Source: Tubulanus polymorphus (Eukaryota > Animalia > Nemertea). From it: 64,000 bases of DNA. The notes under the pieces are model-generated. The model did no database searches and was not told where the DNA came from. It saw only the letters and a list, made by a program, of their open reading frames with translations. The stretch is from the NCBI RefSeq assembly GCF_964204645.1, contig NC_134032.1, positions 12,946,275 to 13,010,274 on the forward strand, written 5' to 3'. Of the stretch, positions 35,493 through 48,700 are shown piece after piece. Numbering within the stretch: the stretch's first letter is position 1; every line of letters begins with the position of its first letter. The position numbers and the translations under genes are program-made.

Positions 35493-38400
35493 TGTGCATT
35501 CCTACACTGATACTGTAAGCAAATACTAAAAGGCGAAATATAGCACTCTAGAACAGCGCGGTTTACAACAACAAGTGTTATGATAGTAATTATAAATCCG
35601 TTCTCTCTTTCTCGCGCCCTCGATCAAGGTCTATTCTAATCCAAAACTATATGATGGTATGCGTAGAGATAGATACAGAACGATCCGACGCGCTAAGAGT
35701 GTAGGCCTACACTGTTCTACAATAATGAAGAGTCTTGATAGCGTATATCTGCAAGTGAAGCGGTTATTGCGTCCACTCCGTCTCGAAGCCACTAAATTCT
35801 ATCGTCCATAAGATCCTAATTCAAAATGTAGAGCACATTGATTCCAATACTGGTGAGATGATGATGGGGCTACTTGGCTGTGTAGTGGACTGCGATATGA
35901 CATAAACTATATCCTAACAAGAAAGCAGCATGCACTCTCTATCGCGCGGCCGCTCTGAATCTAACAGCGTTGGGATAAAGTGCTCCTGGTTGGTACGGCG
36001 GGATGGTGTTCAGACTGCCGCGTGGTGTGAGTTCTGTGTACCAATATCAGACCATGATTTGATTTGTTGCTCGAAAACTAAGCGTATCGTCAACTACTCT
36101 AACGAACAAATGGAAAACCTTCACGGCGCTTAAGTTGTCGTGGTAATCGGGGATTCTTGCTTGTGACGCCAGTACAGCAGATGTTTCCGCCTGGTGTGGG
36201 GAGGTTCACAAGCAGTAGGAGATTTACGTACCTATAGTAAGGCCCTACTCTTATTTAGTAAAAAATCAAACATATAAGAAAAAGCAAAAAAAAATTGGTT
36301 CTTTAATGTACCGCGGAATAATAGAGACCCCTCCAAGTTGCTCCAATAGTATCATCGTAAATAGAAGGGGTGTTTTGTAAATTTGTAATGTTTAATAAAT
36401 GCTTTTAAATGTTCTGTTTTTTAAAACCATGCAATGGTTGGAGTTGAACAAATCGATTTTATTATTCTCTATTCCGCAGACTGCATATTTGGATTCGGGA
36501 GTTTAATTACTGACTGATAAGTAACTTGACAAAAAAATCATCTGGTATGCTGACCCAACCGGTAAGTAAATATGTCTCAGCGAATCGCATCTCAACCAAA
36601 GAAAAACAGTAACTCGAAACGATGTGTTTTTTAAGTCATTTGAACCAGTATTTGTTTTGGCAACACACCAAATTTACATAACTAACTCGATCGAACTGAA
36701 AACCAGTCCGCAATTAGAAAAATGTTCTCAGGCAGATCGTTGAAACACTTAATTTCGCGGCTTTATTAATTGAAAACGACTGAAATAGTTTTGTACCCGC
36801 GAAATTGAATTTATGTAAATTAGAGTGCAGCACTGACACCTAGGTGTGGAATACCATATACTGGGTGGGATAATGACAATGCTGGAAATGGCCACATTCG
36901 ATTCATGAAATAAGGACCAACGAAAATATAAGACGTTAGAAAGGGGTACCCCGGATCCGCTGCTGTGGCCACCAGGTGCGCTGTAGTGTACTCGGTTATC
37001 CGCACTTCTTTGAAGTTGAATCGATCGGTTATCAGAAAACTATACCAAACACTCGTGGAAACGACTCATTTGATGATATATATTTGGACTCTCGGGAACC
37101 TAAAAATCCGGTTCAAGTTTAACGCATAGAGCCGACCGTATAGTGGCGCCATAACGTATATGCCCGATCCGCTATCTCATTAAACGCAATTTAGAAATGA
37201 AAATGTATACTTTAAAGAGGTGACATACCTTTGAATTACTTGAATTCTGAAATGAAAAAAAATGAGAGATAACAATACATAATATACGAGGTGCCGAACA
37301 TGTGGATACACTCGGAGCCATCCACCCATTGAATACATGCTTGGGAGCTAATGCGGGGCACACGCTATGATAGTTTTATTCAAGTCGATGAAACTGCGTA
37401 TGACTTTCTTGTTTAATAAACACACTATGAACAAGAATATCCTCATTTCCAAGACACGACTTTCAATGACCTTTCGATTTTGCCGCTGGAACTCCGAGCG
37501 TCGTAAAGCGAGCCAAACAATAAACGAATGGTTGCTCCACTCGGTTGGTATATCCGATAGATGGCGAACGGATCGGATATCTTCGCGGTACTGATCCGCC
37601 GCGGCGGCGCGTGGATGGAAGTATCGATCACCGACTACGATTATTGAGATACAACCCTGGGCAGTAAGCATACAAATTCTATTAACGGTGCTGAAAACCG
37701 GGTATTCAGTTTTTTTTCATTTTTACTCTGAAGTGAATACGATTCCACGAACATCTAGGGTCCATCGGCGGATGCGTGTACGTCAGCGGCACAGCGGCAG
37801 CGACGCTCTAGCAAACAGTCCCGATAACAGTAACCGTTGTCGACAGTTAATAATATGTAATTCCATAATGGATTTTAATGCATGCTTCCTGGAAGGTTGG
37901 CGCAGCGCTGTAGTCAGAGAATTGCGATCAAATGAGCGTATATACGTGGTGCATTTTCTTGGAAAGCATCAGAATATCATCACGCCGCCAAAAATCTATT
38001 CGCCAAATTTTGACTACTGATCAAAGGTCGTTTATGCAAGCGCCAACCTGTTGCTTCGTCGCAATTCTTCCAAATTCTTCTGTATAGCCCTACTCGTTTC
38101 CTGAGACATTTTCTGATTGAAATGGACTAGCAAATATAATTTACTACAAACCCTAGGAAATGAACATTTTTAAACTGATCGTCCAAACTTTACACGTGTT
38201 CAGTACTTCATCGAATACATTTCTAGTTGGAACTGAACTACAAACGTACCAGACATTTGACATTTTATCAGCAAACTTTTTAAAACTTATCGTCCACACT
38301 TCACATGAGACATTTCAACATGAACTACAAACCCAAAACATATCATTATATTTCATAAGCACACTTTCAAACACTGATCGTTCTCACTCAACATGAGTTC

Positions 38401-38993
38401 AGCGCTTCACCCTAGATATTTCTCATCGAAAATGAATTACACAAACACCAGACATTATATAAGACATTCTAGCAGCGCGCTTTCAAAAAGACATCATCAC
38501 GACATTAGACGACACTGGTAAATGTCTGAAGGAGTGGTTCCAGTTGCAGATTGATGCCTGCGCATCTACTTCTAGTAGAGCTACATGAAGATAATTGTTT
38601 CCGACGTATCGAACGAGGTTTGGAACGTCGGAGAATTATAAGATTTTACTTCAAGTATCGATAATGTCTATCGTTTCAAAACCTAAATCTAAAAGCGAAA
38701 AGGGCCATGAGATACGCGAATGAATCACAAATTACGATCTTTTCTATTTGAAAAAGTCATTCAGAGTTGGATATCTAAAATCAAATATAGCATTTCAATA
38801 AAGATAAACCGAGAGAAAAACTAAGATGACGACGGCGATCGTATCGAGACCAAAATAGCTCCTCTAATTGCGAGATAATTTCTCTTTGAGAAAAAAGATG
38901 ATTAAAAGGTAATTGCATTATAATTAGAACTGAATTATGCCCCCGGGGTACAAACTTTACTTGATAACCGAGCAAGAAATCTCAACTCGGTCA

Positions 38994-39185
38994 GGCAGAG
39001 GCAGAGGCAGAGGCAGAGGCAGAGGCAGAGGCAGAGGCAGAGGCAGAGGCAGAGGCAGAGGCAGAGGCAGAGGCAGAGGCAGAGGCAGAGGCAGAGGCAG
39101 AGGCAGAGGCAGAGGCAGAGGCAGAGGCAGAGAGGCAGAGGCAGAGGCAGAGGCAGAGAGAGAAGGCAGAGGCAGAGGCAGAGGG
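38994..39185 (+). repeat. (GGCAGA)n hexanucleotide microsatellite
   Basis: About 30 units, perfect for the first ~22 and degenerate at the 3' end. Confidence 0.97.
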
Positions 39186-39455
39186 ATCTGATGCAGAGAT
39201 TTGATAATATCCGGTTTTGACGAGTTGTACACCGAGCCCAGAGCGTAGGAAAAAGATACAAGATCGTTGCATCACATGTAATCTACATGGGATTGCTGTA
39301 CGCGCCGGGGTCTTCCTTATATCAAATAATTGATTGGAAGGTGGTGGGAGTGCCAGGAGTCTGGTATATGCTCACTTGCCACAAATGGAAAATGATAATC
39401 ACTCGCCTCGACATGTCGTCTAGTGTGAGAGTGAGTGTGTGTGTACAGTACGTAC

Positions 39456-39542
39456 CTTTCGGTTGAATTTCAATATTTTTACAAATTGGCCAAATTTTCT
39501 CGCTAACGACTTGCGGCGGGAAACGACAGATAACGACGTCAT
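39456..39542 (-). CDS. Candidate alternative first coding exon (MTSLSVVSRRKSLARKFGQFVKILKFNRK)
   Basis: gaaATG, 29 codons, donor AAG|GTACGT, phase 0. Confidence 0.65.
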
Positions 39543-40242
39543 TTCCGTTGTACGATGCAGGCGCGATATAGGCGGCGAAGGAAATATCACGATAATCACA
39601 GCGTCTTCATTCGAGAAAAATATTCCGTCGGAAAAAAAACGATTCTTCAAAATGAATCCGGGCCCAAGCGTATATTCAAGCTACGTAGACCATATCTAGA
39701 CTCGATATGCTGTATAAAACAATTTCCAGAATTATGTTCTCCAAAACTCCTTGAATATTCCTCGGATTTTCAGCGTTTTAGAAACTTAACATTCGCGTAT
39801 ACGGCGTTTCGGTACTGTAGCGTTTAACAGTATTCAACCGAAATGAAGTAACGCCGCGGAGAGGGTATTTGTGGATAGAAGTTGCATCGTCAACTTTTGA
39901 CACCCACGGGGTTATTTACGATCCGGTAAAGTATACGAAAAGTTCAATAGCGAACTAAGTTAGTAAAAAGATACGGGCAACAAGGTGCATCCAATAAAAA
40001 TACACGTAAACAGAAGGTTAAATACGGGTAGAAATGAATATCGATTCGATGATTATAAACTCCTTGGGCATTCAGCCAATACTGAAACCCAAGTCCATTT
40101 GGAAACACCCTTGGTTGTCTCCGAATACCAAGTCAACCTAAGATCTCTCCGCACACGATATGAGAACATAAAACCAGCCACCACAGGTGTGGTCTAGGCG
40201 ACAAGAGTCGTGCTTATAGGAACGCATACACAACCCGCGCTC

Positions 40243-40386
40243 CAGGGGCCGGTTGCATAGTCATGGCTTAGACTTAAGACCAGTCTAAGACCAACTTAGT
40301 TCTATAGCTAATCTAACAACTTAAGACCAGTTTTAAGATTTAAGACCACTTTTGGACTTAAGTCACGACTGTGCAACTGGCCCCTG
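40243..40386. mobile_element. 144-bp MITE with CAGGGGCC(G/A)GTTGCA TIRs
   Basis: TIRs CAGGGGCCGGTTGCATAGTCATGGCTTA / TAAGTCACGACTGTGCAACTGGCCCCTG. Partial copies near 7810-7930, 9255-9420, 15705-15790, 17660-17770 and 46156-46273. Confidence 0.85.
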
Positions 40387-41240
40387 GACTGGGTGACGTA
40401 ACCACCGGGTAAGATGGTCGCCTGACGGAAAGTAGAACAGTACGACATGCGCGACAATCGTTACGAATGACTTCGCTGGCAGGCGCAAGGGCGTGTAGGT
40501 CGACGCCGGGTCCTTGGGCCTTAAAAGTTTCAAATGAAACATCTATCAATCTTTCCCGAGAATTCAACGCAAAGCTTTTTAATGTAATCGCCTAACAACG
40601 CAATGTAAATAGATAACGCGTATAAACTTTTAGTTTCATAATGGGTTCCTTTTTACTTATCAATAGTTTAGACAGATTGTCTCATTTTAGAAATCGGTAA
40701 AAATGATACCCGCGCACTCGACGCAATTTTGCGCGCTTGTTCGTCATTAATCAAAACCTGATCGCGACGTTTTCGAAAACAACAGATGAGTTTTCAATAT
40801 TAAATGTCGTGTATTCCGAGCGAAAACGTGTTCGTCGTGGGTCGGCGAAATGAAGCGATTGTCAATGATATAGACTGTACGCGTGCCTACGCAAAAAAAA
40901 TCGCCGCCATCACTTTTGTTAAGTATGATTATATAGAGGATTTGATTGAATTGGAGAATACTTCCATTCCTGTGCGAAAATGTTGTATATGCTGTTGATA
41001 AGGGCCCAAGAAAAATTCATTGGCAGCAACAAATGCCGAATTGACCGGTCCCAAGTAAGATGGAGTCCACGCGGGCCATTCACATTTGAAAATGAATGAA
41101 TAAAAATTATACCAACGATCAACCCTACAGTATCTCTATGTAATGAAAAGGTGAGATGGACATCAAATCATCAATATTGTAAAAATGACCTCTCGAATTC
41201 ATTAGATTGCGGCATTGTCTGTTGACAGCCCGTCCGAAGC

Positions 41241-41661
41241 AATAAAGAAGTTTCCAGTTTCTAGGCGCCATTTTGTGGCGGTCCCGCGAGGTCCCCATTG
41301 TTGCGATAATTTGCGCTCATTTTTAAAACATAAGTTTAGATTGAATATCATATAGTTCTGCAGACCCTTGCTTGACGAAATCAATTTACACACCATTTTA
41401 AAGGAAATGAAATGCAGATATTTGCTGGCGATTCTTGGAATTTTTGAACGCAACAATTGAGAACAGTGATGATGTGAAACCAAGGACCGCATATCTTAAC
41501 CGTGCGTAAAAGAAATCGCAATATTTATTAATTTTAAAATATCTAAGTATCTCTTAAAGCTATATTTCCAATTTTCACAGAGGTTAAAGAGGGTTATTTG
41601 CAGTTAAAGCCTGCGTTGAATTTCCACAAAATGGCGCCTAGAAACTGGAAACTTCTTTATT
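41241..41661. mobile_element. 421-bp non-autonomous DNA transposon with 38-bp perfect TIRs and 4-bp TSD
   Basis: AATAAAGAAGTTTCCAGTTTCTAGGCGCCATTTTGTGG at 41241 and its exact reverse complement ending 41661; AAGC on both flanks. Confidence 0.85.
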
Positions 41662-42127
41662 AAGCTGACTTGAAGCGACGCAGCTATACGATCGCTTCAA
41701 GTCAAGAGGTGGTTTTCAATATTTGGACTATTCGTTGGCTTCCTTTTCATTTCATCATAGTAGTGCGCGGTACGGGGATTGGTTTATCCGTCGTTGGAAT
41801 CTGCTAGTGTATATTCGAAATGAATTGATGAATATAAATCAAAACTTGCACCGCCGACCTAAAACCTCAAACAAAACATTGATTGATCTATTTGTAAATA
41901 TAGATGCACGACGCACCTATACAAAAGCAATATATTTGTAAATGATGTCTCAGTATTTGATCGAACGCCCGTGTTTTGTTGTTAAATATAGTTTCACGTT
42001 CATCGAAACTTGCCCCCGGCCATGTTGCACATTTCGTGAAAAAAGAAATATATACATACATATCTTTCCCTAGCCATTAGACACACAGTAACAAGTCGTC
42101 GTAAGTGACAAAACACTGAATTTCAAA

Positions 42128-42392
42128 GAAGGATTCTACTTGTGGCAAGTGAGGATCCACAATGTGTCACTAGTGGACAGTAGGGCAAGTGAGGATCCAC
42201 GAGGTGTCACTAGTGGGCAGTAGGACAATAGAGGATTCTACTTGTGGCAATCGAGGATTCCACATGTGGCAAGTGAGGGTCCGCTTGGTGTCGCTAGCGT
42301 GCATTAGAACATCGTATCCTGCGGCATAAGAGGATTCCACATGTGGCAAGTGAAGGTCCGCTTGGTGTCGCTAGCGTGCAATAGGACATCGA
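42128..42392 (+). repeat. ~77-bp tandem-repeat family, array copy
   Basis: About 4 degenerate GGCAAGTGAGGATCCAC..GTGTCGCTAG units. Confidence 0.85.
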
Positions 42393-42532
42393 CTTCATAA
42401 GTAATTTGACAAAGTAGGATTCCATGTATTCCACTTTTGATGTCTCCTGGCCCGGTCACTGCATCAGCCTATGTGGCAACAAGCATCAGCCTGTATGTAG
42501 GTTATATGTAATAAAAAGCCATTGAATGCTAC

Positions 42533-42694
42533 CTGATTGTCTTCAAAGCGGCGATCGGAATATCCGGCCGCCTCCGCCTTCGCCGCCGCTGCAGATGAAA
42601 TCGTTGATGAGCATTGATTCTTCGGTGATTTCTTCCGTCGCTGGTTGTTGCCGATACATCCGAAATTTTTAAAGAATGACGTCACGCCGGACAT
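42533..42694 (-). CDS. Candidate alternative first coding exon (MSGVTSFFKNFGCIGNNQRRKK...EDNQ, 54 aa)
   Basis: ATG 42694, donor CAG|GTAGCA, phase 0. Acceptor gtctacAG at 42806 and donor GTGAGT at 42922 suggest a small 5'UTR intron. An in-frame TGA upstream of the ATG excludes use as an internal coding exon. Confidence 0.65.
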
Positions 42695-44309
42695 ATTCCG
42701 ATGCGATCGGGAAACGCGATATTTCCACAGCCGATCGATTATTGACGACTTAATCGTTTTCGATCACGCAGTTCTATCGACATAATCACCGACAATCTCT
42801 AAGACCTGTAGACGACATAAAACCAATTCCTATACGTATTTATTTTCGAATCGTACTTTACGACGCAGATAACGAACTCCATGCAGCTAAACCGTTGCGA
42901 AATCGCGGAGCAGTCCACTCACTTAATACTGAAATCTACTTTTTCTTTTTTTCAAATCGAATAAATAAAAAGTAGATTTTCTAATTTATGTCATCAGTCA
43001 CGTGAATGCTGAGTATATCAAGACGCATTCAGGACGTTATGACGTAACGAGAACTTTTTTTGACTTCAGCGTTTTAGAATCCTCGAAAGAGCGTTTAATC
43101 CTTCCGGCATTAACTATTAAACTGTATGTATAGGCCTATATATACTGCAGGGTAGCAACGGCGATTATCTGGAGATAAATATTCGTAGCATTTTCAGCGT
43201 ATATAGCGGATAGCAATCAACGCCGTACGAACCAAGGTGTTATTCGACGAGAAGGTTGGAACGCCTTGGTCAGCGTGTTCAGATTCTCAAGCGATGATAC
43301 CGAAATAGCCTTCGAAGTAAATCCGCAATAATTTACAACATCGCCGGTCGGCTCCATGTCGAATGCAGCGATAACTATACGTAATCAAAGACGCGTCCGA
43401 AAGTGTGCCCACCGCAATTGTACGATTTTTTGAGAGACCGCGAAAAAATGATACGACATTCGTCGCACGTTCGTTCATACTTCTAAAGCCTAACGGCTAT
43501 ACCCTCGTGTCTCATTCGAGACTTCGTCAATTCGCCGTATAAGCGTCAATGTTTGCATAAGACGCACACATCAACGCGATCTCCACGGCGTTCAAATAAC
43601 ATTATTGTAGGATATATGACTATAAACAACAAAACCAGATTAAAAAGCGATCTATTTAACGCTTGCCACCTGCGACACAGGTATAAAAACTGCAGGAATA
43701 CAGGTTTTCAACTAAACGTACGAAGGGTAATTTTCAGCGAAAGCTGATTCTAAGAATAGAAAGGATCGAGTGGCGACGGTTCCATTAGGCATATGCACGC
43801 AAAAGTATTCGTGTATACCTAGCAAAAATGAGTTTTGGCCGACGACTCGGCGAATAGTCAGCTATCTCGTACCCTGTCGCCTAACGAGGGTATGCGTAGC
43901 TTTGAAAAATCATTTGAAGTCGACGCATGACGTATCGGGCCCTAGATGCCTACCAGGGCAGGTATGCACGTCATAGAAGCAAAACCATGTGTAAACACGG
44001 ACGTTTTTGGAATTCCTATTGCGGAATGTTAGATCATTGTGAAATATAAAGGTTACGTAATAGAAAAGTGAAATCGTTGGGTTTTAGGAAAACAAGAGAA
44101 TACATAAGTTCTGGGGGGGGGGGGCTACTGGAATAAACGGTCTATATACCACCAGTGCTGGTTAGAATTTTTTAGCCTTTAATTAGCCCATGTCTTTTTT
44201 TAACACCCTCAACCCGCTAAGCGCCACGCATAGCATTATAAGCGGGTTCGATGTTTCTTTCTACCAATGGGGAGAGACCAGAGAAGAACCTTCGACCAAT
44301 TAGAAACTC

Positions 44310-44378
44310 TGTCGCCACCAGGGTTTGAACCCATAAACCCTGGATTGACGAGACCAGTGACCACTCGGCCACTGCGCC
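44310..44378 (-). mobile_element. tRNA-derived SINE head (family C)
   Basis: Minus strand GGCGCAGTGGCCGAGTGG (A box) ... GGGTTCAAACCC (B box); related + copies at about 50627-50712 and 19690-19760. Confidence 0.55.
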
Positions 44379-46988
44379 TCTCAAGCCCACGTCTTAGTGT
44401 CGACCTGCCCGGGTTTGTCTGCCTGTTAAATGGAACCGTTTTCTTCGCTTCTCAGCCTTGCGTTCGTGAACGAAGTCAAAAGTTATATTCCACACCAAGG
44501 TGAGTTGATTGTTTTGACGCTACGGGTTGAAGCGGCGGTGGTGGTGGTGGTGGTGGACCCTGGAAGCAGAGATCGATTCGTTATAAGCGGGATATGAAAG
44601 CCGTTTCTATGCTACAGCGTAAGGCAGCACGCACGCTGGCTGATTCGCGGCTATCCGGACCGACACATCAGAGGTGCTTCATCAGTTCGAGCGAATATAT
44701 ACAACCTATATAGAGTCGGCTGCCACAAAATCAATTTCGGGATTGAAGGGAAAAATACGTTTTTTTTCACAATAGCAAACAATTTTTCAGGCACCCAGGT
44801 TTTACTTCGCAAATATTATACGTATGCTATGCAAATACGGCATGAAGCTATAACGCGAGTGGTGAATCATAACCGAATTCTCTGAGATTTCCCTGATTTG
44901 TTTCTCTAGATTATGCTGAGTTTTCCAAGTTTTCCAGGTCAATGGCCACGCTGGTAATAGTTTGCTTGCTGTTGCTTTTACAAAATGTTCGGATCTGGCT
45001 TTTCCCAAGAATTACCCTATAGGATTTTTCATGTAACCTCACGACGGAACCACGGGCTTTGGGATGTGGCGGATGCCCGTATACCGTAAGAGGCTAACAT
45101 GATTCGAACCCGCTCGTCAATCTGCAGCGCTACGTGACAAGCAGGTTCGAGTCCCGCTGGCTGCTTCGCCGCACGGACAACACTTCAAAGGCCGCGCGTT
45201 CGCGTCGTGAGGTCACGCGAACTAATACACCAGGCTTAGCCTTGCGCCAATCCAAGATCCGAACGATGGAATATCGTCAGATAAACAAACAAACTAAAAC
45301 CTTTCTAGGAAGAGTACATCGTAAAATATAACGAAAATCATTCGTATAGTTCAGTGAGCATCGATTACGACGAGTTCGGGAAAGATTCGATTCGATTAGG
45401 CAGAGACGTTCGGCGCAGATCGAATAATAGAAATCTAATAAATTCCATCAACGACTTGGAGACAAAACGTGCGCACTGCTGTAAATATATTATTGTCATA
45501 TACCGGTATATGACGTGTGTGTCTTGTATACGAAATACATTCTTTACCGACACCGGAATGTCAGTTCGAAATGTAATGTAAACAAATCGCTCTATTGACC
45601 AAGATTCTGTTGACATTTTCTCCGTGAAAATGTGGAGTGAACCAGAAACAAAAGTCTCCACGATAAACAGTCATCTTATGAATTAAAGATGGGCCATTTT
45701 CATAGACTATTGACTTTAACCCGGGGGCTAACCCAATTGAGTTACTAAGTTGGGTAAAGTTGGTACCAAAACAGGCCCCTGGTGTGCATAGATTTGGAAA
45801 GTCTGTTTTCGTAGCAGAAGAGTCGTCTTGGAAAATATGCCAAAATCGTTTATAAAATTAAATAGGTGTCTACACCTGCAGATTCATAATATAGCCGACT
45901 GTCCGCCTCCGGAGCCGTCCTTTGATGTTCCGAGCATGGAAGTTATGATATAGATGCCGGATACATGCAAAAAAAACCAAAAGATGACATCGCTACGATT
46001 CATTTCATGGAAATGGAATTGAGCCGATGAAACTGCGAAACTTTCGAGTTTTAAAAGCACAACTGATCTCAATCATGTACGCGTACGGTCTGAATCACAA
46101 TGATACAAGCTGTAACTGAGTGATGACTGAGTAAGCTGAATCATAACAAATGCCTCAGGGGCCAGTTGCACAGCCATGACAGTCATGGCTTAAATAGCAG
46201 TTCCATAGCCAATCTTACAACTTAAGAGCACCCGTGGAATTAACTTTTTCTCAAATGTGCGCAACTTGGCCCAGAGGATTGCTAATGGATCAAGTTATCC
46301 ATCAAAAACAATCATCATACGCCTTCTACGCATTACTATGATTAGCAGAATATACGTAGATGTAGCGCCTCGGTGCTACCTGTCTCATCTGAAATTCAGG
46401 TTACGTTTTTAGGCGTATGGCATTTACGTAAATGACGCGGGGTCCATACAAAAACAACGCGAGACACACTAGACTGTGTAATAACAATGCATCAAATCTT
46501 TCGTTAAGATGTCAGAATGAAAGTTCGACGTCAGAAAACTATTGATACGCAATCTCTGAGTATCCAGCTGGTGCCCGATAAAATAAGGAAGACCTGCATA
46601 TTCTATTACCCAAGGGTATCATCGGCTATCACTCTTAGAACGAAGTGTTTACTGTTGAACTTTTAAAGGGCCTTCGGTTTACCTCCCATGGAGAAACCTG
46701 AAAGGTTCTTCAGCGAGCCTTTTTGTTGGGTTCTTTCTTGGGAACCATTCCATCCATGAGTTCTTTAGAAAAACCCTTGCTTTATCCTCAGATGGTTCTC
46801 GATGGGTTCATTGAAAAACCGTTTCAGATCATTTCTAGGGTTCCTCGTTCACGTTTCGACTGCTCCCTTTAACCTCGTCTAGATAAGAAAACGAAATGGT
46901 CCCTTTGTCCAACTTGAAACCATAATTCGAATGAATTTGTGAATTTACGTCCCGATCTTCCATTTTTTGTTTCCAATGCAAAACTTAC

Positions 46989-47102
46989 CTTAGGGGGTAC
47001 ATCAGTGGAGAGTCGTTTGGTTCGGGGTCCGTAACGACCGGAAACGCAACAGGATGCAATACTGGCAATGCTATGGCACATGTAATCATTATGATGCGAC
47101 AT
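46989..47102 (-). CDS. Candidate alternative first coding exon (MSHHNDYMCHSIASIASCCVSGRYGPRTKRLSTDVPPK)
   Basis: cgaccATG, 38 codons, perfect donor AAG|GTAAGT, phase 0. Confidence 0.65.
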
Positions 47103-48613
47103 GGTCGATACCTTGAAGTTATCTCAATTTTATCTATTCCTAATACTATAATCCTGCGCTAGAACGTATAATTTCATAATCCTAATCTAGGCTTTATAAT
47201 CCAACTAATGCATATCCTTCATTGATAATCCATCGCTTCGTATAGATACATATACATATATAACATCGATCTTAAACACAGCAATTAACGTCAACTCGTT
47301 CAGATTCTAATATGTTCGTGTCACCCGGATTGACACACAGGGAATCAACACAAACTAAACGATGTAATTATTTCACAAAACGTCGTACGCTACTAGAACT
47401 TCAACGATTCCTCAGCTGCGCGGATGATGCTGTGAGAATCCCCCGACCTCAGACGGTTGCATGGAGACTGAGGAAAAACCGATGAATCAACGAGATTTTC
47501 TTTAGGTTAATCTTCAACCGAAGACCAATTTCTCAGCGAGCGAACTCGGTCACACAAACGATCGTTTGCTTTTCATCTCCGGCGTATAGAGTCAGAGTGT
47601 TGACGGGAACAATGACGGTTCGAAAAGACATTTGCACACGGTCATCATTGTGTATAGCCTACCTCGCGTGCGCTCATCGACGAGGGCATCTATTTACTTT
47701 GCTAAAACCGAGCTCAACTAAAATACAGATTCAATTCCTTTCGTCAAAACGAGCGTCTTCGTTTTGTGTGTTTTTTTTTCTCTTCGCGTTAGTCGACATA
47801 CGAACGGGAGAACGCTTTTTGCTTGACAATGATATGAATGGAGTGTGCCGCTGTGGTGTGTATGTGTGTGTAAGCATAGCGACGTCGCCTACTCTACCCA
47901 GCCAGGGATATATTATATGCATGAATATATCATAAACATTGATACCCTCCCATATAGTGTAGCATGTTAACAATCAAACAGCATCGTTTTATTCGAAGTC
48001 AATAGCTGACCCATTAGTATAAATAAATCTACGTAATTACAACGCAAATGATAATTTCAACCGATTGGATTTTAAAAATGCGAACATAAAGAGAGCAACG
48101 AAAAATTAGGTTTCCAATTGCGACGTATTAATAGATATATTGTGATAGGTGAAAATAGGTTGCAAGACGGCGAGATATACAGGCGGTTTATTAAACGACA
48201 GTGCTGCCGACTATCGCTATTCAAGTGAAACAATGATTCCGATTACGTCGAAATGATATTTTCTTTCTATCAGGCGATTACTGAGGGTCGCTGCTGTTCA
48301 GCGTTCCATTAAACAAAATACGTATATTCAAAGTATATTCAAATTATTATTTAGATATTTTCATTTCACTTCATTGTAGTTGACGAAAATATACTAACAA
48401 AACTTATGTTGATTTTTAGTATAGTTTAACTCCAAATACGTTTATATTTGATTTCTTCGCAAAATTAATTTCTGACGAATGAAGTTTGGAATGGTTAATC
48501 CTTTTCGTGAAACCAGGCCTTGTAGAGGCTGCTTTCAATTTTTCATCAATTTTTCGGTCGTGATTTTTGATGTGACGTAAAAACAATTCTCGAATCGAAA
48601 GTTTCCAACTTAC

Positions 48614-48700
48614 CCCTGATGATCCATTCTTATCCACGTTTTTGGTATCTGTGCTGTCTTTTTCTTTTTTCACTTTGTATTTCTTCTTCCACGGAGGCAT
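48614..48700 (-). CDS. Candidate alternative first coding exon (MPPWKKKYKVKKEKDSTDTKNVDKNGSSG)
   Basis: caagATG, 29 codons, donor GGG|GTAAGT, phase 0; possible 5'UTR acceptor tacttttAG at 48780. Confidence 0.65.

Noticed and set aside
38935-39275. ORFs with poly-RG, poly-LC, poly-LP and poly-SA
   Set aside because: Translations of the (GGCAGA)n microsatellite; no splice or start context.
44310-44378. Possible tRNA genes (also 7985, 19575, 25212, 50627)
   Set aside because: A/B boxes are present but I could not fold a full cloverleaf, and the copies are divergent and share non-tRNA bodies, so they are called SINE-like.
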